Positions 1 to 10,695 are shown, counted from the first letter of the stretch. The stretch is 64,000 nt of DNA from an uncultured bacterium (GCA_963826535.1 CAWGXL010000010.1:42814-106813); one strand, 5' to 3'. Numbers and translations: made by a program. Notes: generated by a model not told the origin, from the sequence alone.

Positions 1-380
1 TTAAATAAATCTGCTTTAAAAGCATAAAATAATGTTGTCAGAATAATACCCACCCCAATAAGTACAGGGGCAATACCGATCATTAGTCTTCTGAAAGGAT
101 CTGTTTTCTCTACAGATACGCTTCCCAATCTTAAACTGTTTCCATTTAGCTTAGGCAAGAGCGATATTTGACCTGTAGAAACAAAAAGAAGTCTGGCTAC
201 TAGCCAATGGGCAAATTCATGAAGAAAAGTCCCGGGCAAAAAAATAAAAGCCAATAGATATGCCGTGAAGTTCTTATTTCTTGTCAGTCGATAGAAAAAA
301 CTAGAAAAAAGTACGGTAATATTTTGCGAAAGTAAATAAAGTAAAAACAGTTCAAAAACGAATAATCCTGCAAATTGCAT
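1..380 (-). CDS. Partial membrane zinc metalloprotease (M50/site-2-like), runs off the window start
   Basis: Manual translation from ATG at 380: MQFAGLFVFELF...PGTFLHEFAHW...DPFRRLMIGIAP; HExxH motif in a hydrophobic context; absent from the ORF track because it is truncated. Confidence 0.7.
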   Translation of the reverse strand, partial: MQFAGLFVFELFLLYLLSQNITVLFSSFFYRLTRNKNFTAYLLAFIFLPGTFLHEFAHWLVARLLFVSTGQISLLPKLNGNSLRLGSVSVEKTDPFRRLMIGIAPVLIGVGIILTTLFYAFKADLF

Positions 381-424
381 ATACTTTAAGAGAATTATGT
401 CAAATCTGAAGTAGTCGTGCAAAT

Positions 425-459
425 GACAAAAAACCCGCCTGCCCTGCGGGTTTTTTGTC
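425..459. terminator. Bidirectional intrinsic-terminator-like hairpin
   Basis: GACAAAAAACCCGC-ctgccct-GCGGGTTTTTTGTC, perfect 14-bp stem with A/T tracts. Confidence 0.55.
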
Positions 460-534
460 TGTTGTCGTTTACGTAAACTATTTATAGTATACAGATATTA
501 AAATGGGATAAAAAGACTGTAAGGGTTAAGTAAC

Positions 535-575
535 AATCTCCCAACCCCCTTTACTAAAGGGGGCGAAGGGGGATT
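535..575. repeat. Palindromic element family P (CCCCCTTT-n3-AAAGGGGG), intergenic copy
   Basis: aatctcccaacccccttt-act-aaagggggcgaagggggatt; same core as the copies in uvrC (20565) and uvrA (24400). Confidence 0.75.
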
Positions 576-629
576 TTTAAAATGCCCCTTGCAATTCTTT
601 AAAAACATGTTCTATACTAAATATTAGAT

Positions 630-1223
630 ATGCCAAGAAAGACTCTCGCCCTTATTTCTGGGCTTGTATTAATTACATTTATTCTATTCGTTATTGCGCT
701 TAAGAGCACCAAAACAGCACCGCCCCCTGCGTCCATGACACCACCTCTTGAGAATCAGGCAATATCTGTACCTACTGCGACACCCTTGGTTCCCGTTCAT
801 TCTGTCTTGAGTCTTTCTCCTAATCCAGTCAGCGTCGCACCTGGCCAATCTGGAAGTGTTGCAGTAAATATTGATACCTCAGATAATGAAGTTACAGCTG
901 TTCAGCTGGAAATAGCCTACGATCCCAATGTTGTTTCTAACGTGCAAGTTGTACCTGGGGCGTTATTCACTAATCCGGTTGTGCTCATTAATAAAAATTC
1001 TGTGAAGGAAGGAAGATTTACATATGCATTTGGTATTACGCCCAATCACACGCCGATCCAGGGGAACGGCACAGCTGCGACAATAACTTTTAAAGTACTT
1101 AATAAACCCGGGGAGGTTTCGCAAATGACGCTTCTTCCGACAACGCTCGTTACCGCCAGAGGTATTTCAAACTCAGTTCTTAAATCAGCCACAGGAACAC
1201 TTGTCCAGATTACAAATATTTAA
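630..1223 (+). CDS. Membrane-anchored cohesin-domain protein
   Basis: N-terminal TM helix, Pro/Thr-rich linker, beta-rich domain with VTAVQLEIAYDPNVV and G-x-G-x-A-T-I-T-F cohesin-like motifs. Confidence 0.7.
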   Translation: MPRKTLALISGLVLITFILFVIALKSTKTAPPPASMTPPLENQAISVPTATPLVPVHSVLSLSPNPVSVAPGQSGSVAVNIDTSDNEVTAVQLEIAYDPNVVSNVQVVPGALFTNPVVLINKNSVKEGRFTYAFGITPNHTPIQGNGTAATITFKVLNKPGEVSQMTLLPTTLVTARGISNSVLKSATGTLVQITNI

Positions 1224-1262
1224 GCAAGTGCCTCAGACAAAATAATATAGTATAATATCCCT

Positions 1263-2789
1263 ATGATCCTCATCATTGATTTCGGCTCACAAACTACACA
1301 TCTCATCGGCAGACGCCTCAAAGAATTCGGCGTACAAGTATCCATAGTCCAACCGCAACAAGCTTTTTCTGAACTCAAAAAAACCAAACCTGCCGGAATC
1401 ATTCTCTCAGGAGGTCCTTCCTCAGTCTACGAAAAAGGGGCACCTACGATCAATGCAAAGATTTTTAGCCAGAATATTCCTATCCTCGGTATTTGTTATG
1501 GAATGATGCTCATACCTAAACTATTGGGTGGCAAAGTAATTCCCGGCCGCAAAGAATACGGTCCCGCATTGCTCAATTTGAAAAATGGCAAAAGTAAAAT
1601 ATCTTTGAATTTACCCAAATCGTGTACTGTCTGGATGAGCCATGGAGATGAAGTCACTGCAATCCCGCAAGGATTTGAAACTATTGGTTCTACAGATTAT
1701 GTTCCGTTCGCTTTTGTCCAAAATGCCAATAAACAAATCTATGGTGTACAATTCCATCCGGAAGTAGAACATACCCAAGGGGGAGATTTGATTCTGAAAA
1801 ACTTCGTTAACATTTGCAAAATCAAATCTCAAATACAGGAAATTAATATTAAAACTCTCATAAAAGAAATACAGGAGAAAGTTGGAAATAACTATGTAAT
1901 AGGTGCCGTCTCCGGTGGAGTAGACTCAACTGTCGCCGGAGTTTTGACAGCAAAAGCTATTGGTAAGCGTTTTATTCCGGTTTTTGTTGAAAATGGACTA
2001 ATGCGGCCCGGTACCGCAATCGACGTAAAAAAAATATTCCAAGCTCAAGGCATTAAACCAATTATTGTAGATGTTGAGGGCGAAATGATCACCAAACTTA
2101 AAGGCATTTCTGAACCTGAGAAAAAACGCAAACTGATCGGTGGTTTTTATATTCAAATGTTTGAAGCTGAAATGGAAAAATTAAGTGCCAAAAATATACC
2201 GGTCAAATTCCTCATGCAGGGAACGATTTACTCAGATGTTATAGAAAGCAAAGGTACCAAAAATGCAGCCAAAATAAAAAGCCATCATAATGTTGGCGGC
2301 TTACCCAAGGATATGAAACTTGAACTACTTGAACCACTCCGCTATTTCTACAAAGATGAAGTGCGTAAAATCGGTAAATTATTAGATCTCCCGGATGAAT
2401 TTATCCACAAACAAGTTTTCCCCGGTCCTGGGTATGCAGTCAGGATCCGTGGAGAAGTCACGCCAGTTCGTCTGGCAAAAGAAAAACAGGCAGATACAAT
2501 AGTTCTTGAAGAAATGAAAAAAGCCGGCTGGCTTACCAAAGTGTATATGTCATTTCCAATAATGTCCGGCGCTTCCTCCACAGCAGTGAAAGGTGACGGC
2601 CGGTTTTTCGGTGAAGTCATTGCCCTCCGTATAATTGAATCCCGCGATGTCATGACCAGCACCTGGTCCCATCTCCCTTATGATCTACTTCAAAGAATTT
2701 CCTCCCGCATCGTCAACGAAGTTCCAGCCATTTCCCGCGTAGTTTATGACATCACTACCAAACCCCCGGCCACTATGGAATGGGAGTAA
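1263..2789 (+). CDS. guaA: GMP synthase (glutamine-hydrolysing)
   Basis: IIDFGSQ, LGICYG, QFHPE, SGGVDS, KSHHNV, KPPATMEWE. Confidence 0.98.
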   Translation: MILIIDFGSQTTHLIGRRLKEFGVQVSIVQPQQAFSELKKTKPAGIILSGGPSSVYEKGAPTINAKIFSQNIPILGICYGMMLIPKLLGGKVIPGRKEYGPALLNLKNGKSKISLNLPKSCTVWMSHGDEVTAIPQGFETIGSTDYVPFAFVQNANKQIYGVQFHPEVEHTQGGDLILKNFVNICKIKSQIQEINIKTLIKEIQEKVGNNYVIGAVSGGVDSTVAGVLTAKAIGKRFIPVFVENGLMRPGTAIDVKKIFQAQGIKPIIVDVEGEMITKLKGISEPEKKRKLIGGFYIQMFEAEMEKLSAKNIPVKFLMQGTIYSDVIESKGTKNAAKIKSHHNVGGLPKDMKLELLEPLRYFYKDEVRKIGKLLDLPDEFIHKQVFPGPGYAVRIRGEVTPVRLAKEKQADTIVLEEMKKAGWLTKVYMSFPIMSGASSTAVKGDGRFFGEVIALRIIESRDVMTSTWSHLPYDLLQRISSRIVNEVPAISRVVYDITTKPPATMEWE

Positions 2790-2937
2790 TTTATACCACT
2801 CTGCTTTTATACTACAAATTTATGATACCTAACGAGCCTCTCATAGCGGGGCAAAGTGTTATAAATATTCATTTTCTTATTATTTTCTTACTTGATTTTA
2901 TCGGTATTATCTCTTTTTATGAATAAACTAACTTACT

Positions 2938-3510
2938 ATGCCAAGATTAAAACCTAGGGAAGCCACAATTTATAATAAAGAGATTACCGGCATTCCGCCT
3001 GCTTTGGGAAATGCCAGAATAACTCGTAAACAAACATTTGAGCATGATGTTACACAGAATGGAAATGTGGAAAATATATCGGCAAAACAGGTAGAAAATC
3101 AGCGGCACGAATCCCATTTAAAAATGAGCGAAATTTCAAAGAGTCGAACTGATGTTCTTTTTCAAGCCAGAACTGTTTTCCCATTCGATCTTTTTCCAAA
3201 AGTACTGACAATCAGCTCTACAAAAATAGAAGCAAAGTTAAATTCATTTTTTTACACTTATAGTACAGTCACTATCCCATTGCAGGACATAGCAAACGTA
3301 GAGCTTAATTCTTCTCTCTTTTTTTCTACTTTAAACGTTATTAATATAAGATCCAAGGACCCGCTTGTTATGCGTTTTTTGTGGAATAGGGATGCGATCA
3401 AAGGTAAAAAACTTATAAATGGATTGTTGATCGCCCAGGAATCAGGTGTAGACGTATCAGTTATAGAACCAAAAAAGCTTCTACCGCAATTAGAAGGATT
3501 GGGAGCCTAA
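2938..3510 (+). CDS. Hypothetical protein, probable bacterial PH-like domain
   Basis: FPFDLFP...IPLQDIANVEL..SLFFSTL pattern typical of bPH-fold proteins. Confidence 0.5.
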   Translation: MPRLKPREATIYNKEITGIPPALGNARITRKQTFEHDVTQNGNVENISAKQVENQRHESHLKMSEISKSRTDVLFQARTVFPFDLFPKVLTISSTKIEAKLNSFFYTYSTVTIPLQDIANVELNSSLFFSTLNVINIRSKDPLVMRFLWNRDAIKGKKLINGLLIAQESGVDVSVIEPKKLLPQLEGLGA

Positions 3511-3566
3511 TTTATAGTGGAGAAACATCTTCAAAGATGGTATAATATACGTGGCATAAATATAGT

Positions 3567-5870
3567 ATGGAGAAAAATTTAGCTGTTATAAAAAAGACAG
3601 CATTAATGGTTAAAGTTCCAAAAGAAGTTGAGAATTCGTATGAGAAATTTACCTCTTTTTTCAATGATCTACATAAATTCATTAAAGATAGAAAGGAATT
3701 AAGCCACAGTCAAAAGACAATAAGTATCGAACTGGTTCTTAGGGAGAATTATCTTCATTATTTTATTATTCTTGAACCGATTTTGGCGCATGTGGTAAAA
3801 AGCCTACTTTTCACACGATTTCCCGACACGGAAATTATGGATTTGGCACCTCCTGAGTTACCCAAAACAAATACTGCTAGAAGGTATAAAGAGTATAAAT
3901 TAAAACATTCAAATTATTTACCTTTAAGAATGGGATTCACTTATCAAAACGACCCCTATTTAACACTTTCTGCAGTCCTTTCCAAATTGGAGCATTTTAA
4001 TGAAGGCATAATAATTCAAATACTTATTTCTCCAGGTGATGAATCGTGGAACACAGAATTTGTACGACAGAATTTATCTCACCTCGTGGGTAGAATGGAA
4101 AGCATCAAATTATTTTTAGAGAAACCATTTATATCACGCGAGACGATTGATTATGAAACAGAAATGCAAAAGAAATTCGCTCACGGTGAAGATTTTTTCT
4201 ATACAAATATCCGAATTGCATACTATGGCCAAGACGAACTGGAGCTCCATCAAAATGTAATGCTTCTAGAAAAAGCTTTTGAAAAATTCAGAACTGGGGA
4301 AGACGGCAATATTAATGAGCTAGTGCCCCTTAAAATGCCGGAGGCAAAGATTCAAAATAATTTTACCAATCGAACTTTTTCCCCTCACAAAATGCTTCTA
4401 AACGTTAAAGAAATAGCTACACTTTACCATTTTCCAAATACTGCTACAGGTATTGAAGCAGTTGAAGAGGTAAAATCAAAAAAAATTGAGCCGCCGAAAG
4501 AGCTACCTGTCGCGAAATTCCTTACAAATCCCGAAATTTCGACTTTTGCCAGAACATGGTCAAGAGGAAACAGCCTGGAATTTGGAGTAAAAAGACTTGA
4601 TAGAGGCAAGCATCTTTACATAGTTGGTAAAACCGGAATGGGAAAAAGCGGCCTTATTGAACTTCTGACGATCTCGGATATATATCAGGATCAAGGCTTT
4701 TGCGTAATTGATCCGCACGGCGATTTGGTAAATGAGATATTGCGTTATATACCTGAGAGGAGGGTTAAGGATGTTATTTATTTTAATCCGGCGGATAGCG
4801 AGTTTCCGATTGGATTTAATCCGCTTGAATGTTTTTCGCCAGAGGATAAACATCAGGTTGTTACAGGATTTGTGTCAATATTTAAAAAGCTCTTCGCGGC
4901 AACCTGGACAAACCGACTGGAACATGTATTGCGCTTTACTGTTCTCGCACTTATTGAAGCAGGCGACGCAACTATTGTAGATATTGTAAAACTCCTGACA
5001 GATATTAATTTTCGCCAACAAGTTGTTAAAAAAATTCAGGATCCGATGGTCAAAAATTTCTGGACGCATGAATTTTCTTCCTGGAATGAGCGCTTCGATA
5101 ATGAAGCGGTTATACCGATTATCAATCAGGTCGGACAATTCTTGTCCAATGATTATATAAGAAATGTTGTAGGACAAAGAAAATCCCGCATTGACTTTTT
5201 TAAGTCAATGAATGAGGGCAAAATTATTATCATTAATCTTGCCAAGGGAAAATTGGGAGAAGAGAATGCTTCGCTTTTGGGATCAATGATGATCACCAAG
5301 ATACAGGAAGCAGCCATGGCGCGGATCGCCTTGCCGAAGAATCAAAGACGACCGTTTTATCTGTATGTTGATGAGTTTCAAAATTTTGCCACAGAATCAT
5401 TCGATGAAATTCTCTCAGAGGCGAGAAAATTTAATTTATTTTTGACTATTGCGCATCAATATATTGATCAGCTGACTGAAGCCATTCGTAAAACAGCATT
5501 TGGTAATATAGGATCAATTATTTGTTTTCGTGTCGGCTCTGAAGATGCTCATTTTTTGGGTCGTGAATTTGCTCCTTATTTCACACCGGACGATATTATA
5601 AGTCTTGACTTTAGAGAAGCCTGTGTTAAACTTTCAATTGATGGTAAAACTTCGGATCCTTTTTCAAGTTTCACAATTGAAATACCAACACCGAAAGAGA
5701 ACCATGTTGAAGAGATTATTGCTTACTCAAGACAGCAATACTCATTAACGAAAAAAGAAGTTGAAAAAGAGATGTATAAAGATTCAGACGCAATGACGCA
5801 CATTGCAGGAGAACAAAAGGTTGATTCCAGCGAAGCTGACGATACATTTGATGAACCATTAATAAACTAG
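3567..5870 (+). CDS. VirD4/TraG/HerA-like P-loop ATPase (type IV secretion coupling-protein-like)
   Basis: Walker A GKTGMGKS, IDPHGDL, Walker B LYVDEFQNF, LSEARK, AHQY. Confidence 0.9.
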   Translation: MEKNLAVIKKTALMVKVPKEVENSYEKFTSFFNDLHKFIKDRKELSHSQKTISIELVLRENYLHYFIILEPILAHVVKSLLFTRFPDTEIMDLAPPELPKTNTARRYKEYKLKHSNYLPLRMGFTYQNDPYLTLSAVLSKLEHFNEGIIIQILISPGDESWNTEFVRQNLSHLVGRMESIKLFLEKPFISRETIDYETEMQKKFAHGEDFFYTNIRIAYYGQDELELHQNVMLLEKAFEKFRTGEDGNINELVPLKMPEAKIQNNFTNRTFSPHKMLLNVKEIATLYHFPNTATGIEAVEEVKSKKIEPPKELPVAKFLTNPEISTFARTWSRGNSLEFGVKRLDRGKHLYIVGKTGMGKSGLIELLTISDIYQDQGFCVIDPHGDLVNEILRYIPERRVKDVIYFNPADSEFPIGFNPLECFSPEDKHQVVTGFVSIFKKLFAATWTNRLEHVLRFTVLALIEAGDATIVDIVKLLTDINFRQQVVKKIQDPMVKNFWTHEFSSWNERFDNEAVIPIINQVGQFLSNDYIRNVVGQRKSRIDFFKSMNEGKIIIINLAKGKLGEENASLLGSMMITKIQEAAMARIALPKNQRRPFYLYVDEFQNFATESFDEILSEARKFNLFLTIAHQYIDQLTEAIRKTAFGNIGSIICFRVGSEDAHFLGREFAPYFTPDDIISLDFREACVKLSIDGKTSDPFSSFTIEIPTPKENHVEEIIAYSRQQYSLTKKEVEKEMYKDSDAMTHIAGEQKVDSSEADDTFDEPLIN

Positions 5871-5872
5871 TT

Positions 5873-6151
5873 ATGGAAAGAACATGTAAACGCTGCGGAG
5901 CCAAATTTAAGATGATCAAGCAGGAGCTTGAATTCTATAAGGAAATGGGACTCCCTCATCCTGATAATTGCCCGACATGTAGACAGGAACTCCGCGAAGC
6001 AATGCGTAATGAAAGAAAATTCTATAAATATCCCTGTGCCAAATGCGGCAAAGACATGGTAACAACCCATAACCCCGATAAAAAGTTAATCGTTTATTGC
6101 ATCCCCTGTTATACGGAGTTTCGCAACACCGTAGACCTGACAAAAGAGTAA
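5873..6151 (+). CDS. Small zinc-ribbon protein (4 CxxC)
   Basis: CKRC, CPTC, CAKC, CIPC; QELEFY..MGLPHP and RNERKFY motifs. Confidence 0.8.
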   Translation: MERTCKRCGAKFKMIKQELEFYKEMGLPHPDNCPTCRQELREAMRNERKFYKYPCAKCGKDMVTTHNPDKKLIVYCIPCYTEFRNTVDLTKE

Positions 6152-7042
6152 ATGACCTTTCTCCAAAAATACGAGCTTCTGAAGAAATCCATTCCAGTCC
6201 CTGCTATGGCAAATGACACACAATCTATCGGTTGTGAATACTCAGATGGGATGGTTGCAAGTAAAAACTGTTTCTTCTGTGAGGGAGGCTGGCAGGAGGA
6301 TTGTATTTATGCTCATTTCTCTCCTTTTAATAATAAAGTTGTAGATAGTCTACATACGTCTAATTCGGAAAAATGTTTTATGTGTGTTAATTGCGACAAG
6401 TGTCATAGCTCTACATATTTAATTGATTGTGTTAGCTGTACTGATTGCCATTTCTCTGCCTTATTAAGCTCATGTACCGATTGCTTCGGCTGCGTTGACC
6501 TAACCCGCAAAAAATATTGTATTTTTAATAAACAATTTACTAAGGAAGAATATTTTAAAAAAGTTGAGGAATTAAAAAAAGAAAAACCGGAAAGTATTCT
6601 TAAGCAAATGTTTGAGATAAAAAAGAAAGTGCCACATCCGGCAAGTCAACAATTCAATAATGAAAATTGTCTATATGGCAATCATATGTATAATTCAAAG
6701 AATTGTTTTTGGGCTTTCAATAGTTGGACTAGCGAAGATTCTGGATACATTTTTAATTGCCCTTCAGTCGTAAATTGTTGGGATCAACATAGGGTTTCTC
6801 ATAGTGAGCGCTGCTATGAGATGGTCCAATCGCCCTATAATTATGAGTGCGCATTTCTATTTGATTGCGAAAGGTCTAAAAACTGCTTTTATAGTACAAG
6901 GCTTATAAACTGTACCGATTGTTTCGGCTGTGTGGCTTTAAAAAATAAAAAATATTGCATTTTAAATAATCAACTATCCAAAGAGCAATACGAAAAAGCA
7001 GTAATAGTGATTAAAAAAGAATTAGGCTGGCAAATATCGTGA
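6152..7042 (+). CDS. Cys-rich repeat protein, paralogue 1
   Basis: Two DCFGCVxLxxKKYCIxNxQ blocks, C-terminal IKKELGW. Confidence 0.85.
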   Translation: MTFLQKYELLKKSIPVPAMANDTQSIGCEYSDGMVASKNCFFCEGGWQEDCIYAHFSPFNNKVVDSLHTSNSEKCFMCVNCDKCHSSTYLIDCVSCTDCHFSALLSSCTDCFGCVDLTRKKYCIFNKQFTKEEYFKKVEELKKEKPESILKQMFEIKKKVPHPASQQFNNENCLYGNHMYNSKNCFWAFNSWTSEDSGYIFNCPSVVNCWDQHRVSHSERCYEMVQSPYNYECAFLFDCERSKNCFYSTRLINCTDCFGCVALKNKKYCILNNQLSKEQYEKAVIVIKKELGWQIS

Positions 7043-7073
7043 TAACCCATGTTACCTGCTATAATATTGAACA

Positions 7074-7982
7074 ATGACTTTTCTTGAGAAATTCGAACTC
7101 CTGAAAAAATCAATCCCTATCCCGTCTGTAATTGCCAGCTCCTCTGTTGACTGCGATTATACTGATTTTGTCGATCGATGCAAGAATTGCTACTATTCCT
7201 TCGATGCGTATTATCTTGAAAATAATATATATACATATTATGGAGCATATAACAAAATGTTATTAGATTGTCATGGAATGGGTGAATCGGAAAAATGTTA
7301 TGAAAGCGTAGATTGCACAAAGTGCCACAGCTGTACCTATTTAATAAACTGCAATGGAAGTAGTGACTGTCATTTTTCAGCCTACTTAAACTCATGCAGT
7401 GATTGCTTCGGGTGTGTTGATTTAACTCATAAAAAATATTGCATATTTAACCGTCAATATACAAAGGAGGAATACTTCAAAAAAATTGAAGAGCTAAAAA
7501 CAGAAAATCCAAAGAATTTACTAGAGCAAATGTCAGATCTCGAACGAAAGTTGCCGCATCCTGCAACTTACCAATCCAATAGCGAAAATTGTCCATACGG
7601 TAATAATATTTATAATTCAAAGAATTGTTTTTGGTCTTTCAATACATATTATTTTGAAAACTCGGGCTATTCTTATTATGTATCATACGCAAAGAATTGT
7701 TGGGATGTCTCTGAATTTGGAGGAAACCCGGGAGTAAAAACAATTTCGGAGAGATGTTATGAGAATTTAAATACAGAGACTTGTTACGATTGCGCGTTTC
7801 TTGTGTCAAGCAAAAACTGCACAAACTGCCACTACAGTGACCAGCTAATAAACTGTTCCGACTGTTTCGGTTGCGTAGGGTTAAAAAGTAAAAAATACTG
7901 TATATTAAACAATCAACTTACAAAAGAACAATATTCACAAGCCCTAAAAGAAATCAAAAAAGAACTTGGGTGGAAGACTTAG
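7074..7982 (+). CDS. Cys-rich repeat protein, paralogue 2
   Basis: Same architecture, MTFLEKFELLKKSIP start. Confidence 0.85.
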   Translation: MTFLEKFELLKKSIPIPSVIASSSVDCDYTDFVDRCKNCYYSFDAYYLENNIYTYYGAYNKMLLDCHGMGESEKCYESVDCTKCHSCTYLINCNGSSDCHFSAYLNSCSDCFGCVDLTHKKYCIFNRQYTKEEYFKKIEELKTENPKNLLEQMSDLERKLPHPATYQSNSENCPYGNNIYNSKNCFWSFNTYYFENSGYSYYVSYAKNCWDVSEFGGNPGVKTISERCYENLNTETCYDCAFLVSSKNCTNCHYSDQLINCSDCFGCVGLKSKKYCILNNQLTKEQYSQALKEIKKELGWKT

Positions 7983-8011
7983 CAATTATTAATTTTTCTC
8001 TAAATTTAAAT

Positions 8012-8917
8012 ATGAACTTTCTTGAAAAATATGCACTCCTCAAAAAATCCATTCCAGTTCAGGCTGTTTCGGTGCGTTCATCTGTAGATTGTGAATATGC
8101 AGATATCGCCGTAAGTTGTAAGAATTGCTACTACTGCTTCGATTGTTACAAGTTAGAAGGTGGAATGTATACAAATTTCGGCTGGGGGAATAAGTTGGTG
8201 GACTGTCGTTCAGTGATAGAATCAGAAAAATGCTATCAATCTGCGGATTGCAACAAATGCCATAGCTCTACTTACCTTTTTGATTGTAATAGCAGCACAG
8301 ATTGTCATTTCTCCGCTTTTTTGAACTCTTGTGCCAATTGTTTTGGTTGTGTAGGTTTAACACATAAAAAATTTTGTATTTTGAACACTCAATATACCAA
8401 AGAAAAATATCAGGAAAAGTTGGAAGAATTAAAGAAGGAAAACCCTGATAAGCTAATTAAGCAAATGTTAGATTTGAAACAAAAGATCCCGCATCCCGCT
8501 AGTCAGCAGTTCAATTCCGAAAATTGCCCTTATGGTGACTATATGTATGATTCAAAAAATTGCTACTGGGGTTTTTTGATAAATTATTCTGAAAACTCCG
8601 GCTATATTTATGAGAGTGGTACTATGAAGAACTGCTGGGATGTCTTTTTCTCAGGTGGTAACTACAGCCAAAAAACTTTCTCAGAGCGCTGTTATGAGAA
8701 TGTTAATACTGATACTTGCTACGACTCAGTATTTCTAAAAGATAGTGAAAATTGCACGAACTGCTATTATAGTGAAAATATCTTAAACTGTTCCGACTGC
8801 TTCGGTTGTGTAGGACTAAAAAATAAAAAATACTGTGTGCTAAATAACCAACTAACCAAAGACCAATTTACCCAAGCTCAAAAAGAAATCAAGAAAGAGC
8901 TTGGATGGAGGATTTAA
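8012..8917 (+). CDS. Cys-rich repeat protein, paralogue 3
   Basis: Start moved to ATG 8012 (MNFLEKYALLKKSIP) to match the paralogues. Confidence 0.85.
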   Translation: MNFLEKYALLKKSIPVQAVSVRSSVDCEYADIAVSCKNCYYCFDCYKLEGGMYTNFGWGNKLVDCRSVIESEKCYQSADCNKCHSSTYLFDCNSSTDCHFSAFLNSCANCFGCVGLTHKKFCILNTQYTKEKYQEKLEELKKENPDKLIKQMLDLKQKIPHPASQQFNSENCPYGDYMYDSKNCYWGFLINYSENSGYIYESGTMKNCWDVFFSGGNYSQKTFSERCYENVNTDTCYDSVFLKDSENCTNCYYSENILNCSDCFGCVGLKNKKYCVLNNQLTKDQFTQAQKEIKKELGWRI

Positions 8918-8921
8918 TACT

Positions 8922-9827
8922 ATGACATTTCTTGAAAAATACGAACTATTGAAAAAATCTATTCCTGTTGCCGCAGTATCAAATGATTTAAATACAGTTA
9001 ACTGTGAATACATAGACTATGTTTATCAAAGTAAAAATTGTTATTACTGCTTCGATTCAGTAGAGATTGAAGATTGTATTTATACAATAATGGCTAGGGG
9101 AAATAAACTTATAGACTGCACCTCTGTATTCGAATCAGAAAAGAGTTATATTTGTATAGATTGCACGAAGTGTTATAACTCTACATATTTATTAAAAAGT
9201 AATAATTCTACTGATTGCCACTTCTCTGCTTTTTTAAATTCATGCACCGAATGTTTCTGCTGCGTCGGACTAACTCATAAGAAATATTGCATTTTTAACC
9301 GTCAATACTCCAGGGATGAATATATAAAAAAAGTAGAAGAATTAAAAAACGAGAACCCGGAAAAGATTCTCGCCCAAATGATCGAATTAAAACAAAAAGT
9401 TCCTCATCCTGCTAGCCAACAACTTAATAGCGTTGGGTGTCCGTATGGTGATGGTATAGATAACTCAAGAAGCAGTTATTGCTCTTTTAACGTTACCAAT
9501 ATTGAAAACTCCGGCTATATTTATTTAAGTAGTAATATCAAGAATAGTTGGGATATTTATTTTACCGGTGGTACAGGTACAAAAACTTTTACAGAACGAT
9601 GTTATGAACTTGTGGATTGTGGGTTTAGTTATAATAGCGCATTTCTCTACAATTGCATAGATTGTACAAATTGTTATTACGGTTTAAGTCTTACACACTG
9701 TTCTGATTGCTTCGGTTGCGTTGGGTTATCAAAAAAGAAATACTGCATATTAAATAACCAACTAACCAAAGACCAATACAATATAGCCATAAATGAGATT
9801 AAAAAAGAGCTCGGCTGGAAATCTTAA
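8922..9827 (+). CDS. Cys-rich repeat protein, paralogue 4
   Basis: Start moved to ATG 8922 (MTFLEKYELLKKSIP) to match the paralogues. Confidence 0.85.
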   Translation: MTFLEKYELLKKSIPVAAVSNDLNTVNCEYIDYVYQSKNCYYCFDSVEIEDCIYTIMARGNKLIDCTSVFESEKSYICIDCTKCYNSTYLLKSNNSTDCHFSAFLNSCTECFCCVGLTHKKYCIFNRQYSRDEYIKKVEELKNENPEKILAQMIELKQKVPHPASQQLNSVGCPYGDGIDNSRSSYCSFNVTNIENSGYIYLSSNIKNSWDIYFTGGTGTKTFTERCYELVDCGFSYNSAFLYNCIDCTNCYYGLSLTHCSDCFGCVGLSKKKYCILNNQLTKDQYNIAINEIKKELGWKS

Positions 9828-9865
9828 CTTGCATTTTCGGGTAAAAAGGTGTAAATTCAGGCCGT

Positions 9866-10561
9866 ATGCCAAGCCATGAAGGATTAAGTATAGGTGAACA
9901 AGCAGCAAGATTTAGCGTTGGTAAACACTACCTGCCTGATAACGGACAGATTAGAATTGAAAGAAAAAAAGTGGAACAATTCCTACCACTCCCTCCAGTA
10001 GGTCATACTGCGAAAGCTGAAGCTAGTCATGCAGTTCTTGCTTTAGAGACCGGTACAGATGTGGAAGAGGTCTCGGTAATTCCTGGACCAGGTTATAATG
10101 GTATAACAAAATTAGCTCACTATAATGGAATTGCAGCAGCAGCACACATAGATGAAGGCGGAGGAGCGTTTGATGCTTTTGTGATTGAATCACAGGGAGA
10201 TAGTGTATCAGCAATGAAAAGTATTGCTAACGGTATAAAAGCGCGTAAAAGTGAAGAAATACATATTGTTGCTCATCATTTGGAGAAGAAAAAGCCGACA
10301 CTAAGTGGTGGTGAGGTAGTAAATGTAATAGAAGTCTTTCATGCGAAAAAGAAAAAGGCTGAAGAAGCTAAGAATAAAGCTACGGCACACATTAAAGACC
10401 GAGATGGATTTGAACACGTAATAAAAAATCTACCAATTGAGAATGGTAATGTTGAACTGCCTGCTAAAGTGATTGATATTTTTTCAAGAAGAGAATATAA
10501 CATTTCCCGAAAAACCTTGCCACCGCCGGCAAATTCTGATATATTTGACGTCGCTGCATGA
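9866..10561 (+). CDS. Hypothetical protein
   Basis: 231-aa ORF filling the gap, promoter-like TTGCAT-N17-TAAATT upstream, no recognised motif. Confidence 0.6.
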   Translation: MPSHEGLSIGEQAARFSVGKHYLPDNGQIRIERKKVEQFLPLPPVGHTAKAEASHAVLALETGTDVEEVSVIPGPGYNGITKLAHYNGIAAAAHIDEGGGAFDAFVIESQGDSVSAMKSIANGIKARKSEEIHIVAHHLEKKKPTLSGGEVVNVIEVFHAKKKKAEEAKNKATAHIKDRDGFEHVIKNLPIENGNVELPAKVIDIFSRREYNISRKTLPPPANSDIFDVAA

Positions 10562-10695
10562 AAACTCTAAGGAATATAAAAAATACAATAACCGTCATTG
10601 GTTTTACTATTTTGATTATCACACTGATAATCAAAAAACTAGCCCCGAAAAAAAAGAAAAATTCTTCAGCTCGCTGAGAAATCTTTTATACCTTT

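Noticed and set aside
3567-5870. Conjugative element
   Set aside because: No relaxase, VirB4/mating-pair genes or integrase nearby; such ATPases are commonly chromosomal in this kind of genome
6152-9827. Cys-rich paralogues as targets of a diversity-generating retroelement
   Set aside because: No reverse transcriptase or near-identical TR/VR pair was seen; differences are spread throughout and are not adenine-specific
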